Origin: an uncultured Actinomycetes bacterium
GTDB lineage: Bacteria > Actinomycetota > Thermoleophilia > RBG-16-64-13
Assembly: GCA_963706025.1 (NCBI GenBank)
Contig: CAVPLM010000005.1
Span: 544,001-608,000 of the forward strand
Direction: 5' to 3'
DNA length: 64,000 nucleotides
Part shown: piece after piece, positions 29,648 to 40,725 of the stretch
Numbering within the stretch: position 1 is the first letter of the stretch
Layout: each line of letters starts with the position of its first letter
Program-made: the position numbers and the translations under genes
The notes under the pieces: generated by a model
What the model saw: only the letters and a program-made list of their open reading frames with translations
Database searches by the model: none
What the model was told of the DNA's origin: nothing

Positions 29648-30460
29648 TCAGACCGCCATTTCCCGGTAGATCCGCTCCACTATTTCGGTGCCGTATTTCT
29701 TTTCGAGGCGTAGGATCGCGAAATGACCCCGGGCCATCTCCTGGAAATGATCCATGAACAAATAGTTGATCCCGGCGCCCGATACAGCCCCCAGGACAGG
29801 TACGGCTTTCGCAGCCACTTCCTCGGTGACGACCACGCTGAAGCGCGAACCGATGGCCGAGATGAGCCTGATCAGAGCGGGTGCTCCTTCGTGGACGGCC
29901 CCTTGCCGGGTCAGATGACTCACCGCTTCCGGTACCAGTTTCGCCAGCGCGGCTCGAGTCGTCCAGTATCCGGTCTCCGAGGAATCATCCAAGGGGCTCT
30001 TACCCCCCAGGGCAAAGACTCCCAAGCACCCCAACTGCACTTCCAGCTGAGAGACGTCGTGCCCCTCGCTTCGCGCGATATCGGCGATCGAGCGGAGCAT
30101 GACGCACGTCGAGAACGGCAATTCGACAATAAGAAAGTAGATGCCGGCCGCACCTGCCGCCGCCCCCGAGCCGACCACGACCACCTTGTGCAGCCAGTCG
30201 CGGGAGGGTCTCGGCTCGGCCTCCCCCATCGTGCGGATCGCATACTCGAGGCCCTTGAAAAGCGCCGCCTCGGTAGCCTCTCCCACTCTGTGGTTCCATC
30301 CCCTGGGCAGACGCTTGAGGCCCGCTTCGATCGGGCTCCCAAGTGTGGCGGCAACCCTGGCGGCGAGGCTCGGATGCTCCAGTCTGCGCTTCGCCTCGCG
30401 GAGATCGTTCAGGTCGCACTCGCTGAATTCCAGCTCGCCTACAAAGCTCACGTCACCCAC
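29648..30460 (-). CDS. EcsC family protein
   Basis: ELPFSTCVMLRSIADIARSEG and AVPVLGAVSGAGIN motifs. Confidence 0.8.
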   Translation of the reverse strand: MGDVSFVGELEFSECDLNDLREAKRRLEHPSLAARVAATLGSPIEAGLKRLPRGWNHRVGEATEAALFKGLEYAIRTMGEAEPRPSRDWLHKVVVVGSGAAAGAAGIYFLIVELPFSTCVMLRSIADIARSEGHDVSQLEVQLGCLGVFALGGKSPLDDSSETGYWTTRAALAKLVPEAVSHLTRQGAVHEGAPALIRLISAIGSRFSVVVTEEVAAKAVPVLGAVSGAGINYLFMDHFQEMARGHFAILRLEKKYGTEIVERIYREMAV

Positions 30461-30462
30461 CT

Positions 30463-31809
30463 CTATTCGTCCTCAGAGTAGTCGTCGGCGGCTTCAACCT
30501 CGAAGGCGCCCAGCGCGAGAAGGTCATCCGCGCTTTCGGCCGGGATCTCCTGAACAGTCCTCAACTTGCGCTCGATGGTCCGACTCTTCCTCGCGGCGTC
30601 CTCGATGGTAGTCGACGCCTGATCGAGCTTCTTGTGCACCCTTTCCAGCAGCCCGCCGAATTGCCCGAACTGGGTCTTCACCGCCCCCAGGAGCTGCCAG
30701 ACCTCGCTTGAGCGCTGCTCGACAGCCAGAGTGCGGAAGCCCATCTGCAGGCTGTTCAGGAGGGCAGCCAGGGTCGTAGGACCGGCGACCACCACCCGGC
30801 AGTCGTTCTGAAGAGATTCCGCCAGACCCGGACGGCGAAGGACCTCCGCGTAAAGGCCCTCGGTGGGCAGGAACATGATCCCAAAATCCGTGGTCCGCGG
30901 GGGATCCAGATACTTGGCCTGGATGTCTTTCGCCGAGTTCTTCACGCGCGCCTCGAGCCCCTTCAGTGCCACCTCCATTCCCGCGGAATCGCCTATCTCC
31001 TGGGCATCGAGCATGCGTTGATAGTCCTCGAGGGGGAACTTGGCGTCGATGGGAAGCCAGACCGCCTGATCCTTTCCGTCGTCTTGGCCGGGAAGCCTTA
31101 TGGCGTACTCGACGCGTTCCGCGCATCCCATCTTGCAGGCCACGTTCGCCTGGAATTGATCGGGGGTCAAGATCTGCTCTAGCAGCATCCCCAGCTGGAC
31201 TTCCCCCCAGGTACCGCGGGTCTTCACGTTGGTGAGCACCTGCTTGAGGTCGCCCACACCGGCGGCAAGGGACTGCATCTCCCCGAGCCCCTTGTGCACC
31301 GCCTCCAGTCGCTCGCTCACCTGCTTGAAAGACTCGCCCAAGCGCTGCTCCAGGGTGGCCGTCAGCCGTTCGTCCACGGTCTGACGCATCTGTTCGAGCT
31401 TGGTGGCATTCTCGTCCTGTATCTGCTTGAGGCGGCCATCCACCGTCAAACGGAGCTCGTTCATGCGCTTTTCGTTCGATTCGGTGAGCGAGACGAGCTG
31501 AGTGGCGAAGGTATCGAATTGGTTCTTCTGCTGCTGGCCGAGTTGGCCGATGCTGTTCACGGTCGAATCGCCCCAGCCTTTCACCACGGCGGTGACCTCT
31601 TCGCGCACCTGCTGTGCGCTCCTGGCCGATTCCTCACGGCTCCGGGCCATCTCTTCGCGGAGCAGGCGCTCCCCCCGTTCCTGGGCCTGCCCCAACCGCT
31701 CCACCTCGACGCCCATCTTGTCCCGCCGAGAGCGCAGAACAAGCATCAGAAGCAGCCCCACGGCGACGACCAAGAGAACGACGGAGACGACGGCCAGCGC
31801 TTCGGACAT
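30463..31809 (-). CDS. rmuC: DNA recombination protein RmuC
   Basis: N-terminal TM and coiled coil, then KTRGTWGE, PIDAKFP, MFLPTEGLY and GPTTL. Confidence 0.93.
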   Translation of the reverse strand: MSEALAVVSVVLLVVAVGLLLMLVLRSRRDKMGVEVERLGQAQERGERLLREEMARSREESARSAQQVREEVTAVVKGWGDSTVNSIGQLGQQQKNQFDTFATQLVSLTESNEKRMNELRLTVDGRLKQIQDENATKLEQMRQTVDERLTATLEQRLGESFKQVSERLEAVHKGLGEMQSLAAGVGDLKQVLTNVKTRGTWGEVQLGMLLEQILTPDQFQANVACKMGCAERVEYAIRLPGQDDGKDQAVWLPIDAKFPLEDYQRMLDAQEIGDSAGMEVALKGLEARVKNSAKDIQAKYLDPPRTTDFGIMFLPTEGLYAEVLRRPGLAESLQNDCRVVVAGPTTLAALLNSLQMGFRTLAVEQRSSEVWQLLGAVKTQFGQFGGLLERVHKKLDQASTTIEDAARKSRTIERKLRTVQEIPAESADDLLALGAFEVEAADDYSEDE

Positions 31810-31926
31810 ATCAGACCTCCTTGAGGCGTGCGGAGGAGCGTGATCGGATTCGCCCTACTAACTTAGCACGCGGGCCGGACGGGTTGGCCCGGGTCGGAGC
31901 TCCTTGACGGCGGCGAGGACGGCGAG

Positions 31927-31966
31927 GGCGACCGACCGCGCCAACGTCAACGCGCGATCGGTCGCC
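31927..31966. terminator. Hairpin downstream of the thioester-protein gene
   Basis: GGCGACCGACCGCGC / GCGCGATCGGTCGCC. Confidence 0.5.
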
Positions 31967-31985
31967 GGCACTCCCACGAGGCGCG

Positions 31986-34900
31986 CTACTGCACGTTCAA
32001 GGCCTGGCTGACGGTCTCCCCTCGCCATTCCGGCGTGTAGTAGGAGTAAGCCGCCGAGGCCGCGCCCTTCCCCCGGACCGGGTAGAGGGCGCGGGCCTGG
32101 AAGGAGAAGCTGACCTTGTCGCCGGGGCTCATGTCTTCGATATACACGATCACCTTCCGGCCGGCCACGTCGTAGCGCTTGATCTTCGGGTTCTCCATAA
32201 GACGAGCGAGAGATTCGTCCACCGCGGCAAACCCGGTGGGCACCGATACGTCAAGCACGGTCATGCCCGCTTTGATGGGCTCGGGGGGATCGAAGGTCAG
32301 CGTCACGTTCACGTCCACCAGATCGTTGACCGCCACCTGATCGGTATTGTAGTCGACGTCGATGTCGAACACGCTCGCAGCCTTCTCCGCCGCCGGCAGG
32401 TTGTAGCGAAGCACTCCCTGGATCACGGCCTCGCCTTTGCCCACGGCAGTCAACTTCACCGGCATCCCGGCCGGGATCTCCACCACTTGGGTGACGTCGT
32501 AGTTCTCAGGCGTGATCTGAATTTCTTCGTTCACGTCGCCGGCGTTGAGGGTGACAGTCAGGTCGGTGTCGGTGGCACCGATCGTCGCGTACTCAGTGAG
32601 AGCCTGAAGCGCCACCACCGTGTCCTGGGTAGTGCCGAAACCTCCCTGGCTGTTTCGTTGCCCAACGAGCCACTTGGCCGCTTGGGCTGCGTTCACCCGG
32701 TCGTCACTCTCGATCAGGGCAAGAGTGGCATAACCGGTCGCTTCTACATCGAGACTGGGCATTATGTCGAAGGGTGGCATCAGGTCGCCTTCAGGCACCG
32801 GGAGCTTGTCCACCCGCTGGGACCCGCCGCCAGCCGCTGCGCCGCTGCTCCAGTGAAGCCCGTTCTCGTCCTCGATGGCCAAGGCCATGAGCTTCTGCTG
32901 CGCGGCCGCCGCCCGGTCGCTCCCGCCAAGCTCGAGCGCATAAGTGGTCAGAGCCAGTCCGTAGGGATCATCGATGGCGTCCAGCCGCCCCTCGAGGTAG
33001 GCCACGGCTTTGTCCGCGGCGGCGGTCTGACCGGCCTCCAGAAGGGCGATCGCCACATAGGCTGTGAGAGCGTCCTTGCCTTGCACACCCCCCACCATCT
33101 CTTGGTGATGCACGAAGCCGACGGCCTCGAAGGAACCGTCCTTCTGCTGGTGGTCGGTTATCCACCCGGCCGCGTCGGAGAGCACGGCCTCGTCGATGAA
33201 GGTCAGATCCTTGGCTTGAGCAAACGTCTTGAGCACGAAGGCGGTGAGCCAGAGGCTGCCCGTTTCATCCTGGTCGCCGAAAGCGGAGAAGCTCCCGTCC
33301 GAGCGACGATAGGTGAGTTCCCGCTGATAGCCGGTGACCAGGAGCATCTCGGCTTTGGCCTGTATTTCCGGCTTGAGTTGGCGTGTCCCTTCCAGGTACT
33401 TGAGTATGAAGGCGTCCGGCGCGAACAGGATCATGTTCTGTTCCCCACACCCAAAGGGCATTTGGAGCAACTGGTCGAGACCCTCGATGGTCTGCGCCAG
33501 GAGACTGCCGGTGACGGCCACATAGGCCCGGTCCGAGTCGGGGACGATCTTGAGCAGGTCCGGCAGGACCAGGCCCAAAGTCCGCGACTGACCGGCGGGA
33601 AGGACGACGTTCTCCACCGTCTCCCGACCCACGCCTTCCGGCTCCACGATCATGCTCTTGATCACCGCGTCCGCGGCTTCGGAGCTGCGGGCCGTTATCT
33701 TGACCAGCTGCGTCCCGATCGTCGTCGGCCGGATCCTGAACTCGGCGCTGCCGATGTCGCCGCCCGCTATGGTCACAGTGGTCTTCGTGCCGTCCAGAAG
33801 CTCGAACCAGGAGGCAGGCTCGATCTCCACCTGGATCTCTTGAGGCGTGTCCAGGTAGTTGTACAGAGCGATCTTGACCGGGAACTCCTCCCCGCGGATA
33901 GCGGAATACGGCAGGTCGGCCTGCAGGAAGAACGGCTGGAACACACGTAGCGAAGCCTCGGCGATACCCAGGCCATTCGCGGGCGAGAGCGCCACAGCTC
34001 TAAGGTCCCAGGTGGTGATGGAGTCGGGCGCTTCAAAAGAGAGAGAAGCGATGCCCGCATCGTCGGTGATGGTCTCTTCCCAGATCCAGGTCTCGGGGAA
34101 GTACTGTCTCACGCGCTCCACCTCGGCCAGCTGGCCGGAACCGGTCGGCGTGGTCTCACCGGCCATCGAGGTCGTCGTCGCGGCCGCTGCGGTCGTCATA
34201 GTCTCTCCCGGCGCCGCTTGACCGGCCTTGACCGCCTCCGCGCCGTCGAACATCATCTGCGGCGACTCGATCTCTTTGCCTTCGGGCACGTCCTTGTTCG
34301 AGAGCACGATCAGACCCGCATCGTCGAAGGTCTCCTCGGCTCCCGGGATGACCAGAGGCCCACCCATCCACTCACCCTCGTGCAGTTCGGCTTGAGGCTG
34401 CATGTAGAGGCGCTCCAACTCGGCGAACACTTGCTCGAGATTGAGACGGTTCTCGGCCAAGATGAACACCGAGCGATCGACCGCCACTAGGCCCACTTTG
34501 GCCGGACCCTCGGTCTGCACCTGCACCTCCACCGCATCTCCAGGCTTGGCTTCGTCGGTATTGAAGGCGGCGCTCACCTGTTGCGGGTATTCACCCGCGA
34601 CTTCGAAGGGAAGGGAATCCGCGGCCACTTCGCTGCTCGGCAGGATCTGGTAGACGAGCAGGCGCGCCGAAGGCGCCATGGCCGGCGTCACTTTGAAGGA
34701 GATGTCTCCTGGGGTGCTGCTGGTGAAGACCACCCGTCCCCGTGAGACCACCTCGTAGTAGAAGGTGCCGGCTTCAGCAGTGGAAGCGACTTGGAAACTC
34801 GCCGTGTCCCCCACGTCCAGAGCCAGTTCCCCCTGCTGCTGCACGTGGACGAAGTTGCCGGAGGGAGAGTACGACGCCGTCACTTCCTTGTAGGCATACG

Positions 34901-36163
34901 CATCGCCCGAGGCGGCCTGGAACGTGGCGCGTACTGCGTCCTCCGGGGGATCGAACTGCACCAGAGCTGTTCCCCGGCTGGTCTCTACCCGCTGGAGCTC
35001 GTGCCCCACTTCGCTGTAGTCCTCGTCCATGTAGTAGACGTCCACGTTGACGCTCGCTTCGACCGGCTCGCCCCCCGGGGTCTCGGTAACCACCAGCACG
35101 CTGAAGGGCAGCGTGGGCTTGAAGGCCGAGCTCTCGGGGATGAGCTGGATGTTCACCGGAGACTGCGCGACCGTGATCAGCTCGGTGGTCGTCTGCTCGT
35201 ACCCGGTCGATTCCTCGACCACCGTGATGTCGAGCCTGACGTTCCCCAGCCCTCCGGCCTCAGGTACGCCGGCCACGTAGCCGGCCGGCCGGATGGTGAA
35301 ATCGCCCTCGCCGTCGATATCGGCAGTATAGGTGGCGTACTCTTCCCACTCACCCACGTAGCGAGAGGCGGTCACCTTGAGCTCGCCCTCGACCGCCCGG
35401 CCAAAACTGTACTGAGCCGCTACATGACCGGCGATGGTCTCGTCCACCAGGAACCAGCCCTTCGCAAGCTCGGCCTTGACTTCGTATTTGGGAAGGACGT
35501 ATTCCTCCACCCGCACGTCCAGTTCGGTCGAGGTGTCGCCTGCGTAGGCGGTGAGCTTCCACACCCCCAGGTTCGGCTCGGTCGACAGTGGCAACTCCGT
35601 GGTGACAGTGCCGAACTCGTCGGTGGTTACCATCTGCTTGAAGATCTTGATGCCCTTGGCGTCCTGGACCTCGATCGTGGCCCCGGTCCGCACCGGCTTC
35701 AGCTCTGAATCGAGCGCCACCAGCCGCACGAGGATGGTCTGTCCCGGCTTGTAGATGGGCTTGTCGGTCTCGAGGAAGAGAAGTGTTCCGGCCTGGACCT
35801 GGACAGAGGCACGTTCGGAGAAGCCCACACCGGTGACCAGTATTTCGTACTCGCCTGCCGTCACCTGGGGAACATCGAAAGTCACGGTGCCCTTGCCGTC
35901 GATGTCGGCAGTACCCGAGGTCAGCAGCTTCTTGTTCTGATCGAAAAGCGACACACTGACCTGGCTCTTGACCAGGTCTTTCCCGTTGAAGAGAGACATG
36001 GAGAAGGAGGCGGTCTCGCCCGACCTGAGCACCTTGGGGACCAAGGCTACGTACCCGTCGACCCTCTCGCCCCCGCGGGCGGAGGAGGCGAGGTGCACCC
36101 CAGGATCACCGCTCCAAGAAGCCCCGCGAGTATGAGCGGGACAAGCATCCTCAAACGACTCAT
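31986..36163 (-). CDS. Alpha-2-macroglobulin/CD109-like thioester lipoprotein, frameshifted near the N-terminus
   Basis: ETDKPIYKPGQ, FPETWIW, PDSITTW, GCGEQNM and GGFGTTQDT motifs. A lipoprotein signal from ATG 36163 lies in another frame and would join at the C5 run 36070-36074. Confidence 0.9.
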
Positions 36164-36322
36164 GGCGCACCCCCCTGGTCTCGGATACCTGCTGAGACGG
36201 AGGGGGGCTTCCTTGAGTTTCCGAAGACGGGGCTGCCCGCGAGTGCGGGCCGCGGCACAAGGGTGGCGACCAAGCGTGGCGTAGGCTGGTGAAAGCCTCA
36301 GCCGAGCTGCGAACCACCCCGC

Positions 36323-36514
36323 CTAGGCGAGCGGCCAGAACACCTCGGTGACGTGCTTACTGAGGTCCGGCTCCGCCGGGCCGGTGAGGTAGCGCTCCCA
36401 CATCGTGTCCGCCAGAGTCAGATCGTTCGCTTTCGCGTACTTGTCCGCGCGGACCCAGGGGTTCTCGATCGGATTGATGTCGACCGCCAGACCGTAGGCA
36501 TGCATGCTCCACAC
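36323..36514 (-). pseudogene. Chimeric remnant: M15 peptidase fragment fused to a GyrI-like C-terminus
   Basis: WSMHAYGLAVDINPIENPWV is joined directly to ...WERYLTGPAEPDLSKHVTEVFWPL. Confidence 0.6.
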
Positions 36515-36784
36515 GCTGGCGTAGTAGCCCTCGACCCAGGTCGAACTGGGAAGCGTGTCGCGGCCAGAGAATACCTTGTCCCCGGCTTGACTTTCCGAGA
36601 CACCGAGCTGATTCCGCTCCGTGATCGAGATCCGAATGCAAGAGTCGCATCTGTTGGCTGCTGTGCCTCGATTGGTATGATGGACTCCTGTACTGCTCGT
36701 CTATCGATCGGGCCTGATGAGGGGCTGGTCGTGGCATCGCGGGTGACAACGGCACTTTGAGCGAGGGGAGAGTCGGGAGAGACG

Positions 36785-38380
36785 ATGAAGGTCCTGGTGA
36801 AGGAGAAGATCGCGCAGGCGGGGGTCGACATCCTCAAAGAGCACTTCGACGTCGAGGTTCGCACCGATATGACCGACGAGGAGCTCACGCAGAAGATCAA
36901 CGACTACGACGCGATCATTGTGCGCTCGGCCAGCAAGATAACGGCGGATGTCCTCGAGAATGCGAAACGGGTCAAGATGATCGGCCGGGCCGGTGTCGGG
37001 GTGGACAATATCGACGTCAAGGCCGCCACCCAGAAGGGCATCGTGGTGGCGAACGCCCCCGGATCGAACAGCCTCTCGGTGGCCGAGCACGCTCTCGGAC
37101 TGCTCCTGGCTCAGGTTCGGCAGATCCCGAACGCCAACGCTTCGATGCATGCCGGCAAATGGGAGAAGTCCAAGTTCAAGGGTGTAGAGATCACCGATAA
37201 GGTCCTGGGCATCATGGGTCTGGGCAAGATCGGGGTGCTGGTGGCCCAGCGGGCACAGGGGCTACGCATGAACGTCATCGCGTACGACCCCTATGTCTCC
37301 GCCGACCGCTTCCGCGAGCTGGGGATAGGGCGGGCAGAGACCCCCGACGATCTCTACGCTTCTTCCGACTTCATCAGCGTTCATCTTCCCAAGACCCCTG
37401 AGACCATGGGTCTGATCGGTGACGCGGCCTTCGACAAGATGAAGAACGGGGTGCGCATCATCAACAGTGCCCGGGGAGGCATTGTCGACGAGGCTGCGCT
37501 GGCACGCGCACTCGAAGCGGGCAAGGTGGCCTCGGCCGGTCTGGACGTCTTCTCGGCAGAACCTGTCCCCGAGGATTTCCCTCTGGCGAAGTTCGACAAC
37601 GTGATCATGACCCCGCACCTCGGCGCCTCCACCACTGAGGGACAGGACCGCGCCGGCGTCATCGCGGCCGAGCAGATCGTGGCCGGGCTCACGGGCGGCG
37701 TGGTGACGTACGCCGTGAACATCCCCTCCGTCTCCAAGGAAGCCATGGAAGCTATCGGACCGTTTCTTCCCCTCGCCGAGACCTTGGGCCAGCTGATATC
37801 CGCCGTCGCCGAGGGTCCGCTCTCCAAGGTCACCGTCCATTACGAGGGTGAGCTGGCCGACCACGATACCCGGCTTCTGACCCTTGCCGCCACCAAGGGT
37901 CTGGTGGAAAGCGGCGCGGACGAGGCGGTCAACTTCGTGAACGCACCTTCCGTCGCGGCCGAGCGAGGCCTGCAGGTCTCCGAGGCGAAGGATCGCCGGT
38001 CGCCTGACTACACCAACCTCATCACCCTCAAGAGCACCGACAAGCAGGGCGAGTTGACAGCTGCCGGCACCGTCTTCGGCCCGAAGAACCGGCCCCGGTT
38101 GGTCAAGATCTATAGGCACGCCATCGACATCGAGCCCTCGGCGCACATGGTCTTCCTGCGTTATGAGGACGTGCCCGGCATGATCGGCAAGATCGGGACC
38201 ACAATCGGTGGCCACGGCATCAACATCGCCTTCATGAACGTCGGCCGAAAGAAGGTGGTAGGCAAAGCGGTGATGGGCCTCGCCTTGGACGACCCGTTGC
38301 CCGCAGCGGTGCTCGATGAGATCCGAGCCGTCCCCGGCGTCGACGGCGTTCGCGCGGTCGAGCTCTCGCTGGCTTCCTAG
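36785..38380 (+). CDS. serA: D-3-phosphoglycerate dehydrogenase
   Basis: [23 protein letters not shown] and TPHLGAST motifs, plus a C-terminal ACT domain. Confidence 0.96.
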   Translation: MKVLVKEKIAQAGVDILKEHFDVEVRTDMTDEELTQKINDYDAIIVRSASKITADVLENAKRVKMIGRAGVGVDNIDVKAATQKGIVVANAPGSNSLSVAEHALGLLLAQVRQIPNANASMHAGKWEKSKFKGVEITDKVLGIMGLGKIGVLVAQRAQGLRMNVIAYDPYVSADRFRELGIGRAETPDDLYASSDFISVHLPKTPETMGLIGDAAFDKMKNGVRIINSARGGIVDEAALARALEAGKVASAGLDVFSAEPVPEDFPLAKFDNVIMTPHLGASTTEGQDRAGVIAAEQIVAGLTGGVVTYAVNIPSVSKEAMEAIGPFLPLAETLGQLISAVAEGPLSKVTVHYEGELADHDTRLLTLAATKGLVESGADEAVNFVNAPSVAAERGLQVSEAKDRRSPDYTNLITLKSTDKQGELTAAGTVFGPKNRPRLVKIYRHAIDIEPSAHMVFLRYEDVPGMIGKIGTTIGGHGINIAFMNVGRKKVVGKAVMGLALDDPLPAAVLDEIRAVPGVDGVRAVELSLAS

Positions 38381-38493
38381 CCAGGAATGCCGGTACTATC
38401 GCCGGTGGTCGTCGCGACCCAGCAAAGACAAGACACTACGGCCTTTCGTGCGGCGCGAAGCCCGACCGATCGGCTGAAAGGAGGATCACATCC

Positions 38494-39642
38494 ATGAAAC
38501 CAGCCGCCAGACCGCGGAACCCCTGCTTCTCCTCGGGCCCATGCGCGAAGCGCCCGGGTTGGGCCGTGTCGGCTCTGGAGGGCGCCTTGGTGGGGCGCTC
38601 CCACCGGTCGAAAGAAGGCCGGGCGCGGATCAAGGAGGTGTCGGATAGATCGAGGAAGCTTCTCGGAGTGCCCGATGAATACCGGATCGGGCTGGTGCCG
38701 GCGTCCGACACCGGGGCGGTCGAGATGAGCCTCTGGTCGTTGCTCGGCCCCCGGGGCGTCGATGTGCTCGCCTGGGAGAGCTTCGGGCAAGGCTGGGTCA
38801 CCGACATCTCCAAACAGCTCAAGCTGCCGGACGTACGGGTCCTTGCCGCGGACTATGGGCAGATCCCCGACCTCGCCCAGGTCGACTTCAGCCGTGACGT
38901 GGTCTTCACATGGAACGGCACCACCTCCGGAGTGAGGGTGCCGGACGCGGCCTGGATCCCGGAGACGCGTGAGGGCCTGGCGATCTGCGACGCCACCTCC
39001 GCCGTCTTCGCGATGGACGTCCCCATCGGCGCGATGGACGTCGTCACCTATTCCTGGCAGAAGGTCCTCGGCGGAGAGGGCCAGCACGGCATGCTGATCC
39101 TCAGCCCCCGCGCGGTCGAGCGCCTCGAAAGCTACGCTCCCCCCTGGCCCCTTCCGAAGATCTTTCGCATGACCAAGGGCGGCAAACTGAGTGACGGCAT
39201 CTTTCAAGCCGACACCATCAACACGCCCTCGATGCTCTGCGTGGAGGACGCCCTGGACGGCCTCCGGTGGGCGGAAGAGATCGGCGGATTGCCGGAATTG
39301 GTGCTCCGCAGCAAAGCCAATCTGGCCGCGGTGGCCGACTGGGTCGCGCGTACTCCCTGGGTCGAGTTCCTCGCCGAAGACCCTGCGATCCGATCGAGCA
39401 CGTCTATCTGCCTGAAGATCGTCGATCCCTGGTTCACAGAGCTTCCGGCCGAGGAGCAGGCGCCGATACCCAAGAAGATGGCCTCACTTCTCGAGAAAGA
39501 GGGCGCGGCGTACGACGTCGCCTCGTACCGGGATGCACCTCCAGGCCTACGCCTCTGGGGCGGTGCCACCGTCCTCAAGGCGGATCTGGAGGCACTCTTC
39601 CCCTGGCTCGACTGGGCCTACGAAGAGGTCAAGAAGGGGTAA
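38494..39642 (+). CDS. serC: Phosphoserine aminotransferase (Methanosarcina/alphaproteobacterial type)
   Basis: [29 protein letters not shown] and TINTPS motifs. Confidence 0.93.
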   Translation: MKPAARPRNPCFSSGPCAKRPGWAVSALEGALVGRSHRSKEGRARIKEVSDRSRKLLGVPDEYRIGLVPASDTGAVEMSLWSLLGPRGVDVLAWESFGQGWVTDISKQLKLPDVRVLAADYGQIPDLAQVDFSRDVVFTWNGTTSGVRVPDAAWIPETREGLAICDATSAVFAMDVPIGAMDVVTYSWQKVLGGEGQHGMLILSPRAVERLESYAPPWPLPKIFRMTKGGKLSDGIFQADTINTPSMLCVEDALDGLRWAEEIGGLPELVLRSKANLAAVADWVARTPWVEFLAEDPAIRSSTSICLKIVDPWFTELPAEEQAPIPKKMASLLEKEGAAYDVASYRDAPPGLRLWGGATVLKADLEALFPWLDWAYEEVKKG

Positions 39643-39668
39643 GGGCAGGAGTAGGGGCAGGGCAGGGA

Positions 39669-39691
39669 TTCGAGTCCGCCGCGGCTCATCA
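39669..39691 (+). other. tRNA 3'-end-like fragment (att-site candidate, tRNA-Lys-like)
   Basis: TTCGAGT-CCGCC-GCGGCTC-A-TCA parses as T-loop, T-stem, acceptor strand, discriminator and a near-CCA end. No 5' half of a tRNA upstream. Confidence 0.5.
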
Positions 39692-39721
39692 GAAAGACCC
39701 GCCGTGACTATCAGGGGATAT

Positions 39722-40276
39722 CTATTCCTCTTCGGGCGGGGAAACCTCCACCTCCGAAGCAGGTAACGGGGAAGGCGGCGGGGGATCGGCCGGTATGGGA
39801 GCCTCGTCCCCAGGTTTCTCGTGTGTGCCGGCGGCTCGCAGCAGCGCTTCGGCCTCCACTCCGTCATCAGGGCATGACGCGGTGCCGAAGCTCACCTTCA
39901 GGGTGACGCCGTCTCGGCCAAGCTTGAACGTTGTCTTTTCGGCCGAGGCGGCGATACGCCTGCCCACCGTCTGGACGGCCTCCTTGTCGGCCTCCTCCAT
40001 GATGACGATGAATTCATCCTTGGCACACCGGCAGGAAATGTCCACATCGCGTAGATTCACCTTGATGAGCGTAGCCAAATACTCGAGGGCGGACTCCCCG
40101 GCCGCACGTCCAAACGTGTCGTTGAACCAGTCCAGATTGTCAAAGTCGACCGTGAGCAGAGAAAACGGGCGTCGGTACCGTCTGTAGAGGTCGACATGGC
40201 GTTCAAGCTCATGCAGCACGTAACGGCGGTCTTGAAGACCGGTAAGCGGGTCCCATCCGGGACTTTCTTCCGTCAT
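39722..40276 (-). CDS. Stand-alone degenerate GGDEF protein
   Basis: DPLTGL, D.DN..WFNDTFG and VSFG are present. The active site reads AKDEF, and an RDVD I-site is retained. Confidence 0.8.
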   Translation of the reverse strand: MTEESPGWDPLTGLQDRRYVLHELERHVDLYRRYRRPFSLLTVDFDNLDWFNDTFGRAAGESALEYLATLIKVNLRDVDISCRCAKDEFIVIMEEADKEAVQTVGRRIAASAEKTTFKLGRDGVTLKVSFGTASCPDDGVEAEALLRAAGTHEKPGDEAPIPADPPPPSPLPASEVEVSPPEEE

Positions 40277-40550
40277 GTCGCGCCTCCCCTGGTCGTCTTC
40301 GAAACCCGCATTCGAAAGGTCACAGCCCGTAAATCTATCAGGTTCCGATGACGCTTGACTCGCGTTTCTACCATCCATCTCCTATATCGGCCTCCAGAGC
40401 CGAGAACAGAAGAAGCGCGCTTTCAGTGTCCTAGAAAGCCAGCAGGGAACCCGCTCCGTCAAGCAGGAGAATGTTGCGTTCTTTGCGTCCAACTAATAAG
40501 CTGAGAAAAAGGCGGTACCCTATACCCTGAGTGCCTCCCGTTCTTCCTTA

Positions 40551-40716
40551 GAGCTCGTTTCAGAATGACGCTCTGCCGACAGGGTGCGATCGGCGGGAGT
40601 GAGGCGAGGACTAGAGGGAGCGCTCGTAGCAGCGCCACGAGCGCGACTGAAGGACAGATGGATCGCTCCGCCCAGCGCGGAATGAGTCGGCCAAGACTTC
40701 ATTCTGAAACGAGTCT
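40551..40716. mobile_element. MITE, 166-bp intact copy
   Basis: 18-bp imperfect TIRs with TTA on both flanks (40548-50 and 40717-19). Confidence 0.88.
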
Positions 40717-40725
40717 TTAGTCAGT

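Noticed and set aside
31986-36317. ORF-track start at 36317 for the thioester protein
   Set aside because: The first ~80 aa lack any signal peptide, and a lipoprotein signal starting at 36163 in another frame explains the N-terminus better.
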